A stretch of DNA of 64,000 nucleotides, taken from contig NMRA01000011.1 in assembly GCA_002633005.1 (NCBI GenBank), positions 1,990,477-2,054,476 of the forward strand. Direction: 5' to 3'. This document shows, piece by piece, positions 12,790-26,356 of this stretch (the stretch's first letter is position 1; each line of letters begins with the position of its first letter). This DNA comes from Phoronis australis (lineage: Eukaryota; Animalia; Phoronida). The notes beneath the pieces were generated by a model. That model was not told the DNA's origin, ran no database searches, and saw only the letters and a program-made list of their open reading frames with translations. A program made the translations under genes and the position numbers.

Positions 12790-14119
12790 AGGCGAAGACA
12801 ACATTTTTTCATGTCACTTTTAGCAAAAATAAGGTTCGTTGATTATCCCAGACACATTTTTCACTTAATTACAGCTTTTTGTAATTTAATTAATTACTCG
12901 TCGTCTACTCCGGAAGTGACGTTTTGGGAGGCAAGAGTTTCGCGCCAATTTCTTTTCATTATAGTCTGACTGTGAGAGCTGTCGAGTCAGTCATTGTTCT
13001 ACCTCGTTTGTGATAAGTTCGGTCGTCGTTTGCTTTTGTTTACAAGTCAGTCAACATGCCACGCTGTTGCTGCGTGCCGGGATGTACTCATTATCGTCTC
13101 ACACATGCTTTGGGTACCTTGCGTAGCTTTCCGAAGGATGACACACTTCGCCGTACTTGACTAGCTCGTTCATGTGAAGAACGTAGTGCTACCCGTCCAC
13201 GCAACGTACAAAGCAGTGGAGGGTTACCGAGTGTGTGGCAAGCATTTTCTGCCGTCAGATTATGACATATGTACGCCGAATTGATGAAGGTCCCTGCAAA
13301 ACAACACCTGAAGAAGGGTACCATACCATCGCTGTTGATTCCTGGCAGTGCCCCGTCTCCAACCCCGAGAAGTGCCTTTTTAAAGTGAGAAGCCTCGGGA
13401 GCTGTGGCCACTATATACAGTGACTGGAGGCACTTCATCTACTGTCACCCGTGCCTCCGAACGTACCCCATTGCATGCAATTCCAGGAACTAGCAGTGAT
13501 TCGCCCTGTGCTGTTTTCTCTAGCCCAGAGCTTGTTAAGCAGCCCTGCAGCGATGTTGAGTAGTGGGAGTGAATACAGGCCCAGTTTGACACCCGGTGAA
13601 GAGGACAGTTCGTCATCCAATGAACAGATCGGTGAGCCTAAGTTTGATAAGTTTATTGTGGACTTGTATTGGAGCTATTTGGAAGGTGCCCGGTGTGTGG
13701 CGAGGGAGTCATATGGCGGGATATAAGCAGTTTGGGTGCTCAGATCACCCTCCAGTGGGAGTGTGTCGCGGGACACTCGGGCAAGTGGGACAGTTCTTCC
13801 TCTGTACGTGAGACGAGAATGAGTACACCCCAGTACGCAGCAACAGCGTGGCATGTTGACTGACTCGTAAGCAAAAGCAAATGACGACCGAACTTATCAC
13901 AACCAAGGTAGAACAATGACTGACTCGACTGCTCTCACAGTCAGTCTATATGAAAAGAAATTGGCGTGAAATTCTTGCCTGCCAAAACGTCACTTCCGGA
14001 GTAGACGACGAGTAATTAATCAAATTATGAAAAGCACTAAATAAGTGAAAAATATGTTTGGGATAATCAACGAACCTTATTTTTGCTAAAAATGACATGA
14101 AAAAAGATTGCCTTCGCCT
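12790..14119 (+). mobile_element. Kolobok-like DNA transposon derivative with ~315-bp inverted ends
   Basis: TTAA on both sides (12786-12789, 14120-14123). Termini AGGCGAAG...CTTCGCCT. 12790-13104 is repeated inverted at about 13806-14119. Contains a decayed THAP-transposase 5' region. Confidence 0.85.
13056..13805 (+). pseudogene. Truncated, frameshifted THAP-domain transposase (Kolobok-like)
   Basis: MPRCCCVPGC...FPKDDTLRRT* (Trp codon changed to TGA) ...RVCGKHF, followed by KFIV...LELFGRCPVCG...GAQITLQWECVAGHSGKWDSS, a CxxC...C..GH...W.S motif recalled from Kolobok-type transposases. Clearly homologous to the intact ORF at 32880. Confidence 0.82.
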
Positions 14120-16865
14120 TTAAGCTTGCCAGAAAGTCACAGTAACGCAACAAGTTCATTAGAATCCATGGTGTGTCCATGGAAATTTGAGCCATATCAT
14201 GTGTTTTGTGGTCTCTGATAGCTGACTGTCGAAATAACTACGCCATATTGAAATTCATTATCGCGCCAGACGGTGGTCTGGTCTTTGGTCGAGAGGCATT
14301 CAGCGCCACCTACAGATCCCATGTAAAGCAGACGGGAGGCTTCTTACCTACTGGTACCTACAGTGTTTCAACTCACCCCCTGTTATAATGCCATCAAATT
14401 TCCACTGCTGTGTGGTGGAGTATACTACTTAGTAATTTATGAAAACCTTATGAAATATGAATGGATGAACAAGGGCATGTCCATTCATTTCTTGGCCAAC
14501 ACGAGGAAGAATCAGCGACAAAGCCATTGCCTTCCACTGATAATTAAAAGCGGAAGATTTTAAGCGTCAATAAGCTATAAATTTAGTGAAGTTAACATTT
14601 ACAATCAATCTATGGGGTTCACTGTGGGATTTATTACGTATTAGTGAATTTCTGTCCACCAAATTTGAATGTGGATCAATTTAAAGTCAATTTCGCACTC
14701 TTATTACTCTTAGAGAGTGCCTATATGAAAGTCCCATATTTTCTCACTCTCTTTTCGTGCCAATTTCTGCCTGGCAATATTCCATTTTTGTTTGAGAGGC
14801 TGTTGTTTTATATAAATTGCTGGGATTAACCTTTAGACAAAACCTCCCACACATCCTGTACATCCTTTCTAGTGATGCCAAGATGACGTCAGACCTAAAT
14901 TTAATCAGCGATACTTGACATCGCGTACCCATCAAGAACAGATTATAAAAAATACAGTAAAACATTATGTTTAGGATTTAACTGATGTCAGCGGCATTTA
15001 AAGTCTAGATTTCTGTTATGTGCACACATAAGATGCTGCAGCTGTATTTTAAAGTTGTGCAACTCAGATAATGAAGTCATGTCTACATTACAAATTAAGG
15101 TACACTAGAACTACTTGCCGGAGAGTATCTTGTCCTTCCCCTGTTCAGCTGAGCGTCCACACTAGACACTATACACCTTATGACGTACATGGTAAGCCAC
15201 CCCATCCCTGTGTGTGTGTGTAACTGAGCAAGCGCTCAGCTATTCACATTTCCGCCTTTAAAATATCTTCAGGTTTGCGTTCACATTACAAGTTGCGCTT
15301 GGGCAACTATGCCCTAGAACAAGTTACTTATGCATGTACGCTACCTTATATGGAGTGGTAAGTTGTCAGATGTGTGTGAAGCTGCACCAGCGCAGATAGC
15401 ATCCACACTGGTACTAAACTTTGTGACAACTTATCATTGGAGCAACTTGTTCTAGGGTAATGCCTTGTGTGGACAACACTTTAAGTCCTGTCCACACCTA
15501 GACCTACGCTAAAACAACTTTCTGTAGTGCAACTTTGCCCCACATTAAGAGTAGTGTACATGAACATACATCCCGTGACTGTGACTAGCGCAAGGCGCTA
15601 GTTTTGCCGGTGCTGGGATCTTATTGTGGCCAATCTAGAAAGTACTGTTACCCTGGCGTGCAACATGCGACAGAAAAGTGACACAAGTGGGCTAACAGCA
15701 GATCTACATCTTGGTTCTGCCTTCACTTCATAAAAAATACCATCTCGGACTTGCCTTTGAACACGGTCTATTTCGATCCTTCGTGTTCACTCTATTGAAG
15801 TCTGGATTTCAACCGCATTCCAAAGAATGCATAAGAACATCATAGCCCCCATAGACATGCCATTTCAGTGCTACTTGGGTTCTTGTGAGCCTTGCAGGTT
15901 TTTCCTATTTCCAGAATTTCTTTAACTAAAAAGCACTTGCCTATATGTTATGCACGCACGGTTGCAGAAATCATTGGTGATACACATAACCTCGGCTGGT
16001 TTCCCTTGGTTTCCACAATTTGGTCATCCTGCAAGAAGAGCAACTGGGCACGTAGCAGGTGCCCCACACTGTTGTCTGCAATAATAACGCCATCTAAATG
16101 TACTCAAATATAAGAAGGCAATAAGCTCATACTAAGCTCAAGCAGCAGATTAGGATCACTTAAACCTTTTTCACAAATTAGTAATTAAAAAGAATGTGAG
16201 AAAAATACTTGTTGAATGCGGTTAAAGTACTAACTTAAGAAATTCTCTTAGCATGTATAAGGAACCATAAACTGTGTTACTTGGTTATGTCTCACTTCGT
16301 TTTACCATTCTCTAAAAACGACGGATTAAATCGTCTGCAATCTTGCACTATGCTTTTCACCTAACGTCATATAGGTACCCGAATGCCAGCCATTGAGCAA
16401 AGTGAATGCTTTAGTTCACGAGTTCGCCGCTAGGTAAAAATGAAAACAACTTAAGTGACAAGCGAATAGTACAAAGACAAATCTTCAAGTGAATAAGTTT
16501 TTTTGAAGAGCTTGATTCGCTGTAGTATTTCTGTAGATAAACATCCAATTTTGACGTGTGGAGGGTTGAAACTTGATGTGCAATTTGAGCGTGATGGGTA
16601 ATAATGACACTGAACTCTACACTTTCACTGTATGGATTTCCAACCCTGTTGAAGTGTACGGTTTACCAACCAGGATGCATCTGACTTTTTATAAATTTCT
16701 GTATTTTGTTACAGAAGTTAAAAAAGGTATAGATTTGTGAAATAAAGACTGTTTGGAGTTCAGAGATTTGGCTCTTCTCATGATTTTTTGGATTAATGAC
16801 CCTTTGGAGCACTGTCTCTTTGTGGTAGTGACCTTTCAAAGTAAAGGTACGTCGGAAGAGACCTG

Positions 16866-17266
16866 GACCCGGTCTCCAATCTTTTTACTCGAAATGGAAC
16901 TCGAAATTAGATTTGGCATTTTCTACTCTACTTTTGGGCGAACTCAAGATAATTGTCTATTATTCTATGCTCGAGTACACAATAACTTACGTAGTTAATT
17001 TATTGCCCTTACTTCACAGTTTGTAAACTAAATATTAAAGCAATAAGTTCAAGTTTGAACTCGAAATTTCAAGTTTTTACTCGAGTTTGTAGCACGAATA
17101 TAAGGGTCTTCAAGGGCAAACTTGAACTAGAAACTCCTATGCATGAACTATAATGTATTCGAACACAGTCTGATAACCAATTATCTTAAGTTCGCAAAAA
17201 AGGAGCAGAGAAATTGCCAAAAATAGTTTCGAGTTCGTTTCGAGTACAAAGATTAGAGACCGGGCC
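16866..17266. mobile_element. Palindromic MITE, PIF/Harbinger-like, CTG target-site duplication
   Basis: g(a/g)cccggtctc.aatcttt.tactcgaaa is inverted at both ends over more than 60 bp. CTG flanks at 16863-16865 and 17267-17269. Confidence 0.8.
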
Positions 17267-17722
17267 CTGACCCGCTTCTTCAGTTGTCCATTGGGTTATG
17301 TTTGTCTTTTTATCCCATGAGTTTTGGTTTAGTTGTGGTTGTTTCGAATTTAGTGCATACTAGAATCTTACAAAAGCTTTATTATTTTTAAACAAAAATT
17401 GTTCGCATCAAAACTGAGTTCATCTGGACATGATGTATGGTAAATGTTCTTCTATGTGGGAAAGAAAATCAATGATGGACACGTGAAATTTCATTGTGTC
17501 GAGTTTCTCAACAAAAATTACTTGTCAGGAAAGTTTACTTTGCTAACTTATTAGTATAATGTTTGGTATAGCTATTACCAAACAACATTTGGTAAAATTT
17601 TGAGCATTCTAATGGTAAGCTTCTGAAAATAGAAATTATAATGCAATTTTTATAATTATTTCTGTTCCAAATTGAATTTTTTGTTAAACTCATCTCAAAG
17701 GAGTACCGTAAGTGTAGACTTA

Positions 17723-19067
17723 AGGGCTCGACACTATGAAAATCGCCAGGTTGCATTTTGCGACTAAGCCAAAATCCTAGGTCACATTTTCAAAATCCAG
17801 CTCGAATTTATAAATTCCAGGTCACGAAAATTTACCGCCATTTTTACAAACCAAAATTGGCTTTTAGGTCATCAGAAAATGCTTAGATTATGCTCTTGCG
17901 ACGTAAAATACTCACAAATTTCATGCTGCAAAATTGGGTTCTTACAAGCATATCATGCATGCACCGCGTTACCATTCTTCACTACCGCCATCCAGTGAAA
18001 GACCCTGGAGCGCAAGGCAGTTGCTGACGTGAAAGTTAAATCAGTGCTCTCTAATCGACACATGCATTTGATTAGCTAAGTGTGCAATGTAAAAAAGGAG
18101 AAAATACTTGTTGAAAAAGTATCCTCAACTTGTCTAGGACTGACTTGCTATATGACTGTCATCAAAGTTGTTAAAGATCCAAAGATTGATAACTCTGAGT
18201 ACAAATTCCTTCCATTTGTTCGCCGTCCAAACTTTGCTACTAGACATTTGAAAAAATATCCTGTCGCAAGAAATCCGTGAAACGTTGCCCTACTCGCTGA
18301 GTAACGTATTGATATGCGGAAACAATTAACTGGAAATTTCACAACAAAAATGTGGTGCTTATGCTGTTTACTAGTCAACAATTAGTTTCCATGAAATAAA
18401 AAGCCTCGGAATGATTTCCGACGGTGCAGGTTTTTATTATTCTGCAGAATGCGCATAAAAGCATGCCCGTGGTTTGGCGATTAATTCAGTTGTCATTTTG
18501 ACATTTGCTGTCTTTCGCGATAAAAAACGAGATGCACTTTTCCAAGTCACGACAATCATCTGCCGGGACTGCTTTCCGGCGCTAACTGTGGAACCCATCA
18601 GTGCCGCAGTGCGATCAGGCATATTGCCGTGGGTGTTGCCGTAATTTGATATTAAGGACACCTTGCTGATGAAAAATAAACATTTTTCCACCACTAAGCT
18701 TGGAAAGTTCGTCATGTTATTCTGAGGTACGAAACTTTCTTCAGCACATCCGGAATTTTGCAAAAACCTGAAAATATTGGCCAAAAAAATGCGTCAAAGA
18801 CCAATTCTGTATTCCCTTGTTCACGCGACATGTTTACAAGTCATCAGGAGGGCTGTTCCCAATTAGTGTTCTTTTGAACTTGATTTGCAGCAACCAAATA
18901 ATGGTCGGAATCGTCCGATTTGCCTTACTTTTCCCAGGTATCTGCTGCGAAGTTTAAATACTCAGCTCGCATACGTTGGAAATTCCAGGTTGCATTTTGT
19001 GACATAATGCGAGTTGGCCAAAATCTCAGGTCGCAAATGTGACCTGCAGCTCGTTATGTCGAGCCCT
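17723..19067. mobile_element. Non-autonomous hAT-like element
   Basis: TIR agggctcgaca ... tgtcgagccct, with subterminal caggt(t/c)gcattt/gcgac repeats at both ends. No clear TSD. Confidence 0.6.
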
Positions 19068-21418
19068 CAGACAGGACTAGAGTACTAAGAATTTGAATTA
19101 AGCTTTGTAGAAACATTATTTCTAAATTTTCAATCTGTGCACGCAACTGCTATCTACACACAATGCAACATTTTCTGTTAGTAATGCCAGCTGAAGTGAG
19201 CAGAAGAAATCCCCAAGACAGACAACTGGGGCCAGTTGGGATCTAATTGAGTGTAATTTATGACTACTTAGGAATGAAGTCAATGTGCTATTGAATGAGA
19301 ACTTAAGTCTAAAAGGGAACACAAGCATTTCTGATTTACTTGGTTGCCTTGGGAATACATTTTTCTGTGTTAATTGTTGTTCTCTTGGTGTGTATTTACT
19401 ATCCATAGAATAATGAAAAGTCGTGCAAATACTCCGTAATTGTCTTAAAACGGCAGACATCTCACAGCACACCTAGAAATACAGACCCCTGAAAAATGCA
19501 GACCGAATCCACAGACCTACAAACCGCAGACATTTCAAAAAATGACCAAAGAGAAGTAAGAGAATGTTGACTTGATGCTGAAATGCAGAGTAACTTAGAA
19601 AAGAGTATGCAAGGTCCTAACTGAGACTGTGTGGGGTCACACAAACTTAGACAACCAATACACTGGAATTAGGTCACTTGTCACTGTTTAGCGGAAGTTG
19701 GAAGTTGCATTATGGACTACAGTGCTTAAAACTACCGTTTACCTTGTTTTGATAAGTGACAACATTTTCGTCATTAAAACTTCCTTTAAAGCACTGCATA
19801 TAGCAATCGTGAATTTAGTATCCCAAAATACAAGAAAATAGAAGACGAGCTACTTCAGTTGAAAGTTTGTTGGCTCCACAGACATGATTGTGACCGGCTG
19901 GTGTGATGCATGAAAGTACCCAGCATCTGTGTGAGGTACACCAATCACATGAGTTTCTTGTACTAACTGGTCTGTCTGACATCTGCGCTTCTCTGATGTC
20001 TCACGTAAAAGTTAACAGGGAGGTGAACTTATAGTTGTCTCAACCACGTACCACAAACGCAATACTTCGCTATTACGTATTAACCATGAACCATGGGAAA
20101 AAGGAGTAGCAAAATGGTGTACCTGATGACTTTTCACACTGTATACAACAGTGGATGATTAGTGCTATGATTGGTTGTTCCAATTTCATGTGCATATCGA
20201 ACAACAAAAGCTCGTATCTTGATACCTTGATGTTGTGCTTGTATTTTACAAATTGGTCACCACTTTTGGTCATGAGGATGATTTTGCGAAGACTAAATTA
20301 TTTGCTGGGGTTATGACTCTGTCAAACGTATAACTTTGAGTGATGGAAAGGTGTGGTAAAACTGACATCAGAAAACTTAGTTTTACTGCTTGACATTAGC
20401 AAGTAAACACTCAAAAATACAAATACTGGTTCAAAATTGACCTCACTCGTGCTTTTTTCATTATTTTAGGTCCTCATACTTTAGGAGCCCAAGTCTAGTA
20501 CGAGTGGCAAAGATACCATCACTCATATTTTCGAGCGAAAATTTTTGCCTGTGTCAGGTGCTAGACATGGTGTGCTTGTTCTACACAAAATGGCTCCACC
20601 CCAGATCTTAATGCAAGATCCAACTAAAGTTAGCCGTTATCCAGTACCTGCTTTGCAATGGCAGGCCTGAGTAACATTCACAATTTCACGACTGTGTGAC
20701 TGAAAAAAAAGGAAACTTTCACTTTAGTTCCATAAATAGTTGATCTGTTGACACAATAAAAGGTGACACTTGGGTTATTTGTTTTAATCATCAGTTTTTG
20801 TGTATATGGCTTTTGTTTCGTGTTTACTCCCCTAATGATTTTACTACATTTTTTGTTTTGGCTCAAATTTATTTCATTGGGGTGGCTGGATACTCCTGGT
20901 CAGTGAGGGTAATGTTTCATTGTCCATGTCTTAACTGGTTGTTGTGAAGACGGATTGTTTTGTTCATGAATGTCATTTCATGTCTTGCACCCAAAGTCAT
21001 AGTGTTTTAATTTACATGCAGTCAGTTGGCATCCTGTTTACCATTTAATCTAACAAACGTTTTGGATTCAGGGTTAAGTCCTACTACAAGTTGTTGTTAT
21101 GGTAATGAGTTGACATTTTTGCGTTGGGGCATTTCTGTGAAAAGGTCAGCCTTAAAGACATAGTTTCACACCAAAACAACTGCTTTTCAACTCAAAGAAT
21201 AGCATTGCAGGAGCCCGTTACTTGGACTAGTTACTGTCCGCACAGCTTGATTAATTAGATAAGCCCAGCAGTAATGACCTTCTCCGACTTCAGCCCAGTC
21301 AATTTTGAAAACAGACCAGGCGGTTACATAAGCGTCTGTGATGTCGAGTCTGGAAGACAACTGTGTTGTAGGAATGAACTCGGCTGGTAAACCGCAGTCA
21401 CACGAGGCAGAAACCAAC

Positions 21419-21665
21419 ATGGATTACGAAAGCTTTAGCGACGAGTCTTCCAACGACGAGGAAATTTTAGAAAATCTTTTGTAACTCTGAAGCGTCGGAC
21501 ACAGACAATATGCACAGCGACCATCGTGAGCGTGTTCTTGACAACATAAACGGGCCCTGCAGGTTCGAACCAGTGCCTGCAAGTGTCCCGGTCGCTTTGG
21601 ATGAGAGACAGCGGCGCATCCCGAAGACAATGACCGCACAACTTCAGACGTTTTATCATGTTAGG
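21419..21665 (+). pseudogene. Putative KolX / P2X7-C-terminal-like accessory gene, N-terminal remnant
   Basis: MDYESFSDESSNDEEILENLL* then ...NINGPCRFEP. An acidic N-terminus plus P(Y)xFEP resembles the accessory ORF that faces the transposase in Kolobok elements. The Cys-rich core is absent. Confidence 0.45.
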
Positions 21666-22228
21666 TGGAAAACAAAAACAATGCCGCGAGTTTGAATGCG
21701 AATATGTTTATTTTCGATTTATTTATAATACTTCAAGTTAAATAAAAAGCAATTTCAAACATCGGGACTGGTAGACGGATAAACTGCGATATGCAAGACT
21801 ATTTGCCGTTTTGTCCTACGTTTCTTGATTTGCGTAGGTTGAAAGCAAGGTGGGATAAGTTTTGTTGTAGGTTATGGATTGCAATTTGTATTTTATAACA
21901 AAAGCTTATTTTTGATTTTATATCTATTTTAAGTAATTACTGAACAGAGAGGGGGTCGAAACCATTAAAAGTCACCCGCACTCGAATTAATTTAATCCCC
22001 ATAATGTTTATTTAAATGCAAAAATACGACAGGTAAGTAGCATTCAAGCAACTACACACAATTATGTTGCAAAAATCGTAATTCAAAAGAAAAGCGGCTT
22101 CCGACAGTGTCCTTCGATGTTATACGCCACTAGTAATGTTGTTCGCTTACTAGTGTGGCCCAAGGCCTACTAGCTTCCGCAAAGCGACAGCATGTACAGT
22201 TTTGAATATTACCTAAAATTTCACTTAC

Positions 22229-22462
22229 CTTGGTTTCCAACCATACTGCGATTGCAGGCTGTCGATCTCGAAACAGTCTGCAGAAAAATGTTTACTCCAT
22301 ATCACCGAATACGGCGACGCTCCACTAAATTTTCTCGTGGACCTCACGAAGTCTTCCCAGTTGCGACGCAGTCTGGGGGTTAGTGGGAAACCTATGTAAT
22401 GACACCCCAGGCACAGACCCTGACACATTGTCACAGCCTCCAATAACACAACAGTCCGGCAT
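22229..22462 (-). pseudogene. THAP-domain first exon, frameshifted
   Basis: MPDCCVIGGCDNVSGSVPGVSLHRFP, frameshift, then RLRRNWEDFVRSTRKFSGASPYSVIWSKHFSADCFE...KPR, ending at a GTAAGT donor. The third zinc-binding Cys appears as Trp. Confidence 0.8.
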
Positions 22463-23290
22463 TGTTCTTCAAATTTTTAATCGAGTTGAAGTATAAAAAT
22501 GTGTTTAATGTCGAAATAAGTATTGCAATTGGCACACAACATCAGTGATACGTCGTGCGTAGACAGACAGTGCGAAAGACGTGCGGCTGTACTCGAACAC
22601 TTTATTGAGGACTCATTGCTAACTACTGTGAAATGTTTATGGCAACGCACATGACCATGCCCATATGTGTCACATTTCAGAGAATTAATTGGCAAAAGTT
22701 GCATAATAAACCCATTCTAACAAACAGAAAGCTTCCATTTGTGCCAGATAGTCCCAGTACAAACCTATGGACAGACTCGGCAGTGATCGGGTCCGCTTCC
22801 GGACGTGACGTGTTTCCGAAGATAGCCGAAGTTGAAAATTTTCTGTTCTCGAAATTTTGTGGGGAAGTGGGAGCGTGTTTTAAACGAATAATAGAAGAAT
22901 ATGGGGTGTGAAATAAAAAGAAATGTGGTTTATAAGCAATTTTTATTAACAGTCAGCACATGTGTATACATATTAACTGCAAATAAATAGCTGTGAATCG
23001 ACCTCTTTAAGACAAAAAATTAGAAGTGTTACAATATTCACATTTCCGAAACAATTTCAGATTCTTTTTCAATTTGTTATTCAATCCTGACCAAAATTTT
23101 AGGTCCCAGGAATTATTCTTTAAGTCTGAAATTTTGTGACAGACATACAGAAAGGTTGTACATCCGTCATGTAGATCTGTCACACCTATGAAACATAATT
23201 TTCAGGTGGTAGTAAAAATATGTGGAAAGGTAATTGCTAGCATTACTGTCTCAATGATTGTTGTTACTGCCCCCATTTTGGTTTTCTTTA

Positions 23291-23799
23291 GGGCCTTTCA
23301 TACTAACATGGATGGTCCATGGTTTGGGGAGTTGCAGTTGGTATGAAGGCTTAACTCTGATCCTGGATAGCACAAACAGCTCCTGTTAACATTGCAGTAA
23401 TAACTGTGGATTTAATAGCGCAGCGTTGACGCTGCGGTGCAGTATTAACGCATACCTTCGATCCAATCGAAGTTATCGCCAGGTCCCACTGTTATCGTCA
23501 ACAGTTACAAGGTAGTGCCATCACTGATAGCTGCTTATATTTTGCTCTAATAATAACCAATCGATTTTAAAATAAGTTTAATGTCACTTAGCACATGTAA
23601 ATATTTCCAAATTGAAACATTGAAAAAAATCTTAACGTGCAACGCTACCTTGCGATAACTTCGATGACGACAGCAGCACCAACCGCTTACTTCGATGTTC
23701 ATTAACCGAAGCCTGAACGGTTAAGTTAACTGCGCTGTTAACTGCGCTGTTTAAGTCGACGCACTGCTCAGACCGGAGTTAAGTCAATATGAAAGGGCC
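23291..23799. mobile_element. Harbinger-like MITE
   Basis: Inverted ends gggcctttcata ... tatgaaagggcc, with internal inverted gttaac/cagcgcag motifs. Confidence 0.5.
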
Positions 23800-26189
23800 T
23801 TTTAACATTTGCAACTTTGGAGAGTAGTTTTGGTACATTATAAATATTACATAATAATAAAAATAAAAAGGTTAACTTGTGTTTATCTTCACAAAGGGCC
23901 ACTTCCCAAAGGAACGATAAGTTTGCAGTGTGCAGTCTTGGCTCACTCACTGCAAGATTCTTTGGGTGGCTTTATTAAATCTTTCTAATCTTCGATTTAG
24001 AATATTGAATTACTTTTCCGTATTAAACAAATTATGCACCTGTAGTATCACATTGGTGAGTTTGTAGGTGTAAAAGGCAAGGAATGGCCTGCTAGTGGAT
24101 TGTTCAACTGAAAAATCATACCAAAAGTGATGAATGTGCAAAGTTAATAACTTGCCTGTTTGTGCTCAGCTGACCTTTTTATCCCCAGTTATAGGAACCA
24201 AGCGTTGTTTTAATCCCTGCTTCTGCATATAAGTTGTTTGAATGCATCTGAACATTTTTATAATCTTTGACTGCTTGATATTAAACTTATATGTGAACGA
24301 ATGGTAATGTTCACCCATCTGGACGTATGAGAAGTGGTAATGTACCCGAAGTTATGTTACAAGCTCTGCAGGTATCATTCTAAGGCCTGTGCCAAAAACA
24401 AAGAGTTTAGGAAACCTTTCGCACCAACATTGACACATAAATGTTTTGGGTTTTGTCAGTCATTGTGAAAGGTCAACTTTTGCCTCAGGTAAGGGTTACA
24501 AAATCGCCATTTAACTTTGTAGTAAACAGGTGGATTTAACAGTGGAATGCTGTGAAAGGTTAACTTTGGTTTCATCAAAGTTTTCCTCATGCATTGTGCT
24601 GTCATTATTTGGTAATATTTTATTTTGATGTTCACCATTCTACTGCTCACTATTAAGTGTTTAAAACCACCATTTACCTTGCTTTGACAAGTAACTATAT
24701 TGTCAGCATCATTAAACCTTGCTTTATTTTGTGCCCACATAATAATTTATATTTATATTACCATTGTGGGTACATATTGTCATCTTTGTCTAGGCGTCAG
24801 GGCGTCGTGCCTGCGTCTGCTGCATTTATTTTTCATGCAAGATGTCCAGATTATCCTATTAATATCACTTGTAATATCGCACTGCGGCACTGTTCGGTCC
24901 CGCTGTTATCCTGCAATGTCTCAGTCGGCTGACAATCGTGACTTGGAAATGCCGTCAAGTAATATAACAGCCTCTTTCAATATGCATCTCGTTTTTTATG
25001 GCCAAATATAGTGGTGGTATTCAGCACGCACGTGGGGCCTACGTGTGAGTCACCTGTCAATCACATGTTGGTGTCAAGGTAACATGCACTCCAAAGTGTG
25101 GGAACTTTTGTACGTGCACCACTACAAATCAGTCACACATAGCAACAGTCCGACGAAGTAACAAAAACGGGCGTGACTATGTACTTTTAAGCTGTTGTTA
25201 CGAAAGACCCGGTTCTTTACGATATTCCTCCGTTGCCAATGCTCCCCAAAACTGCGATGTCAAGTCTATTCCCATATTTCCCGGCTCGATGCTCCCTAAG
25301 CCCATCCCTGTAACTAGCTGCGTGAATCTCCTACCCACTATACTCAAGCAGTCTACGTCGTAGATATTTCAGACTCGAATGGTAAGAATTTTTGTTCAGG
25401 CTGAAAATGGCCAATGTATAAACAAAATTATTCTAGATGGCTAAAAAGGGGATGTGGAAATGATTATCACACAGTCACGCTTACGTGGGGGCTGACGCAA
25501 GAAATACAGCCAGCGACATTAGTTAAATCTGCTAACCAGTTTGACTTGAGATGCAATAAGCGAAAAACAAAATTTGACTAGCCGTTTTTTATTACTTCAA
25601 GATCATACACAAACATACATTATTGCCAACATTTGAATTCAGAAATCGACAGGCAGCAACGAAATCGGTAACCCAGTAAGGCACTTGTACTGTCCCTTCG
25701 GTCGCCCCACATCCTCTATAACCGGCAGTTACATTCATCAAAATATTGAGAATTTGACATCTTTCCATGAATTGTGAGATTTGTTCAAAATACGAGAGCT
25801 TCCCACCTTATTAGAATTTTGAGGGTTAGCAAAATCATTGTCACATTTCTCTGGCCTGATTTTTTCAAATATATGTTTTATCTAGTGCACTGCAGACGGA
25901 AACTCAGCGCGGCAGACAAAGTCGCTGAAAGCGGAGGTTTTGACGCCGGCGGCGTTCTTAAACTTTGCAAATAAGGGAAGAAAATAAAGTGACAAAAAGG
26001 TTCAAGTATTATATATATTTTGAAGTGAGTTCATGACCCAAGACAATAACTCGTTGCCTGTATTGTAATTCAGATTGCTAAACCACCGTCTCGGAGTCCC
26101 GGCGTCATTGCATTCATTATGATCATCGATCTTTTTCTAAAAGTCGGGGAATCGCGCGTTTCCTTAGCACTAGGCGCTAAATCTTCATT

Positions 26190-26356
26190 CTTTAAGTCGG
26201 GGATGGGCGCTTAACCGAGAGGTGGGCGCTTAACTGGAAATCTTCAAAAATTGCTGGGGGGCGCTTAACCGAGCAGTGGGCGGTTAAATCGAAAATCCAC
26301 TTAAAGTCGGGGATGGGCGGTTAACTGAGCCTGGGCGTTAACCCGAACGATTACGG
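26190..26356 (+). mobile_element. Right end of a Tc2-like (Tc1/mariner) non-autonomous element
   Basis: Repeated gggcg(c/g)ttaac subterminal motifs ending gaacgattacgg|TA. The identical terminus occurs at 34835. Confidence 0.6.

Larger units (their letters stand above)
21156..23006 (-). mobile_element. Internally deleted Kolobok-like element with convergent gene heads
   Basis: TTAA on both sides (21152-21155, 23007-23010). Imperfect TIRs agacatagtttcacacc / agaggtcgattcacagc. THAP remnant on - and acidic PxxFEP ORF remnant on +. Confidence 0.68.
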
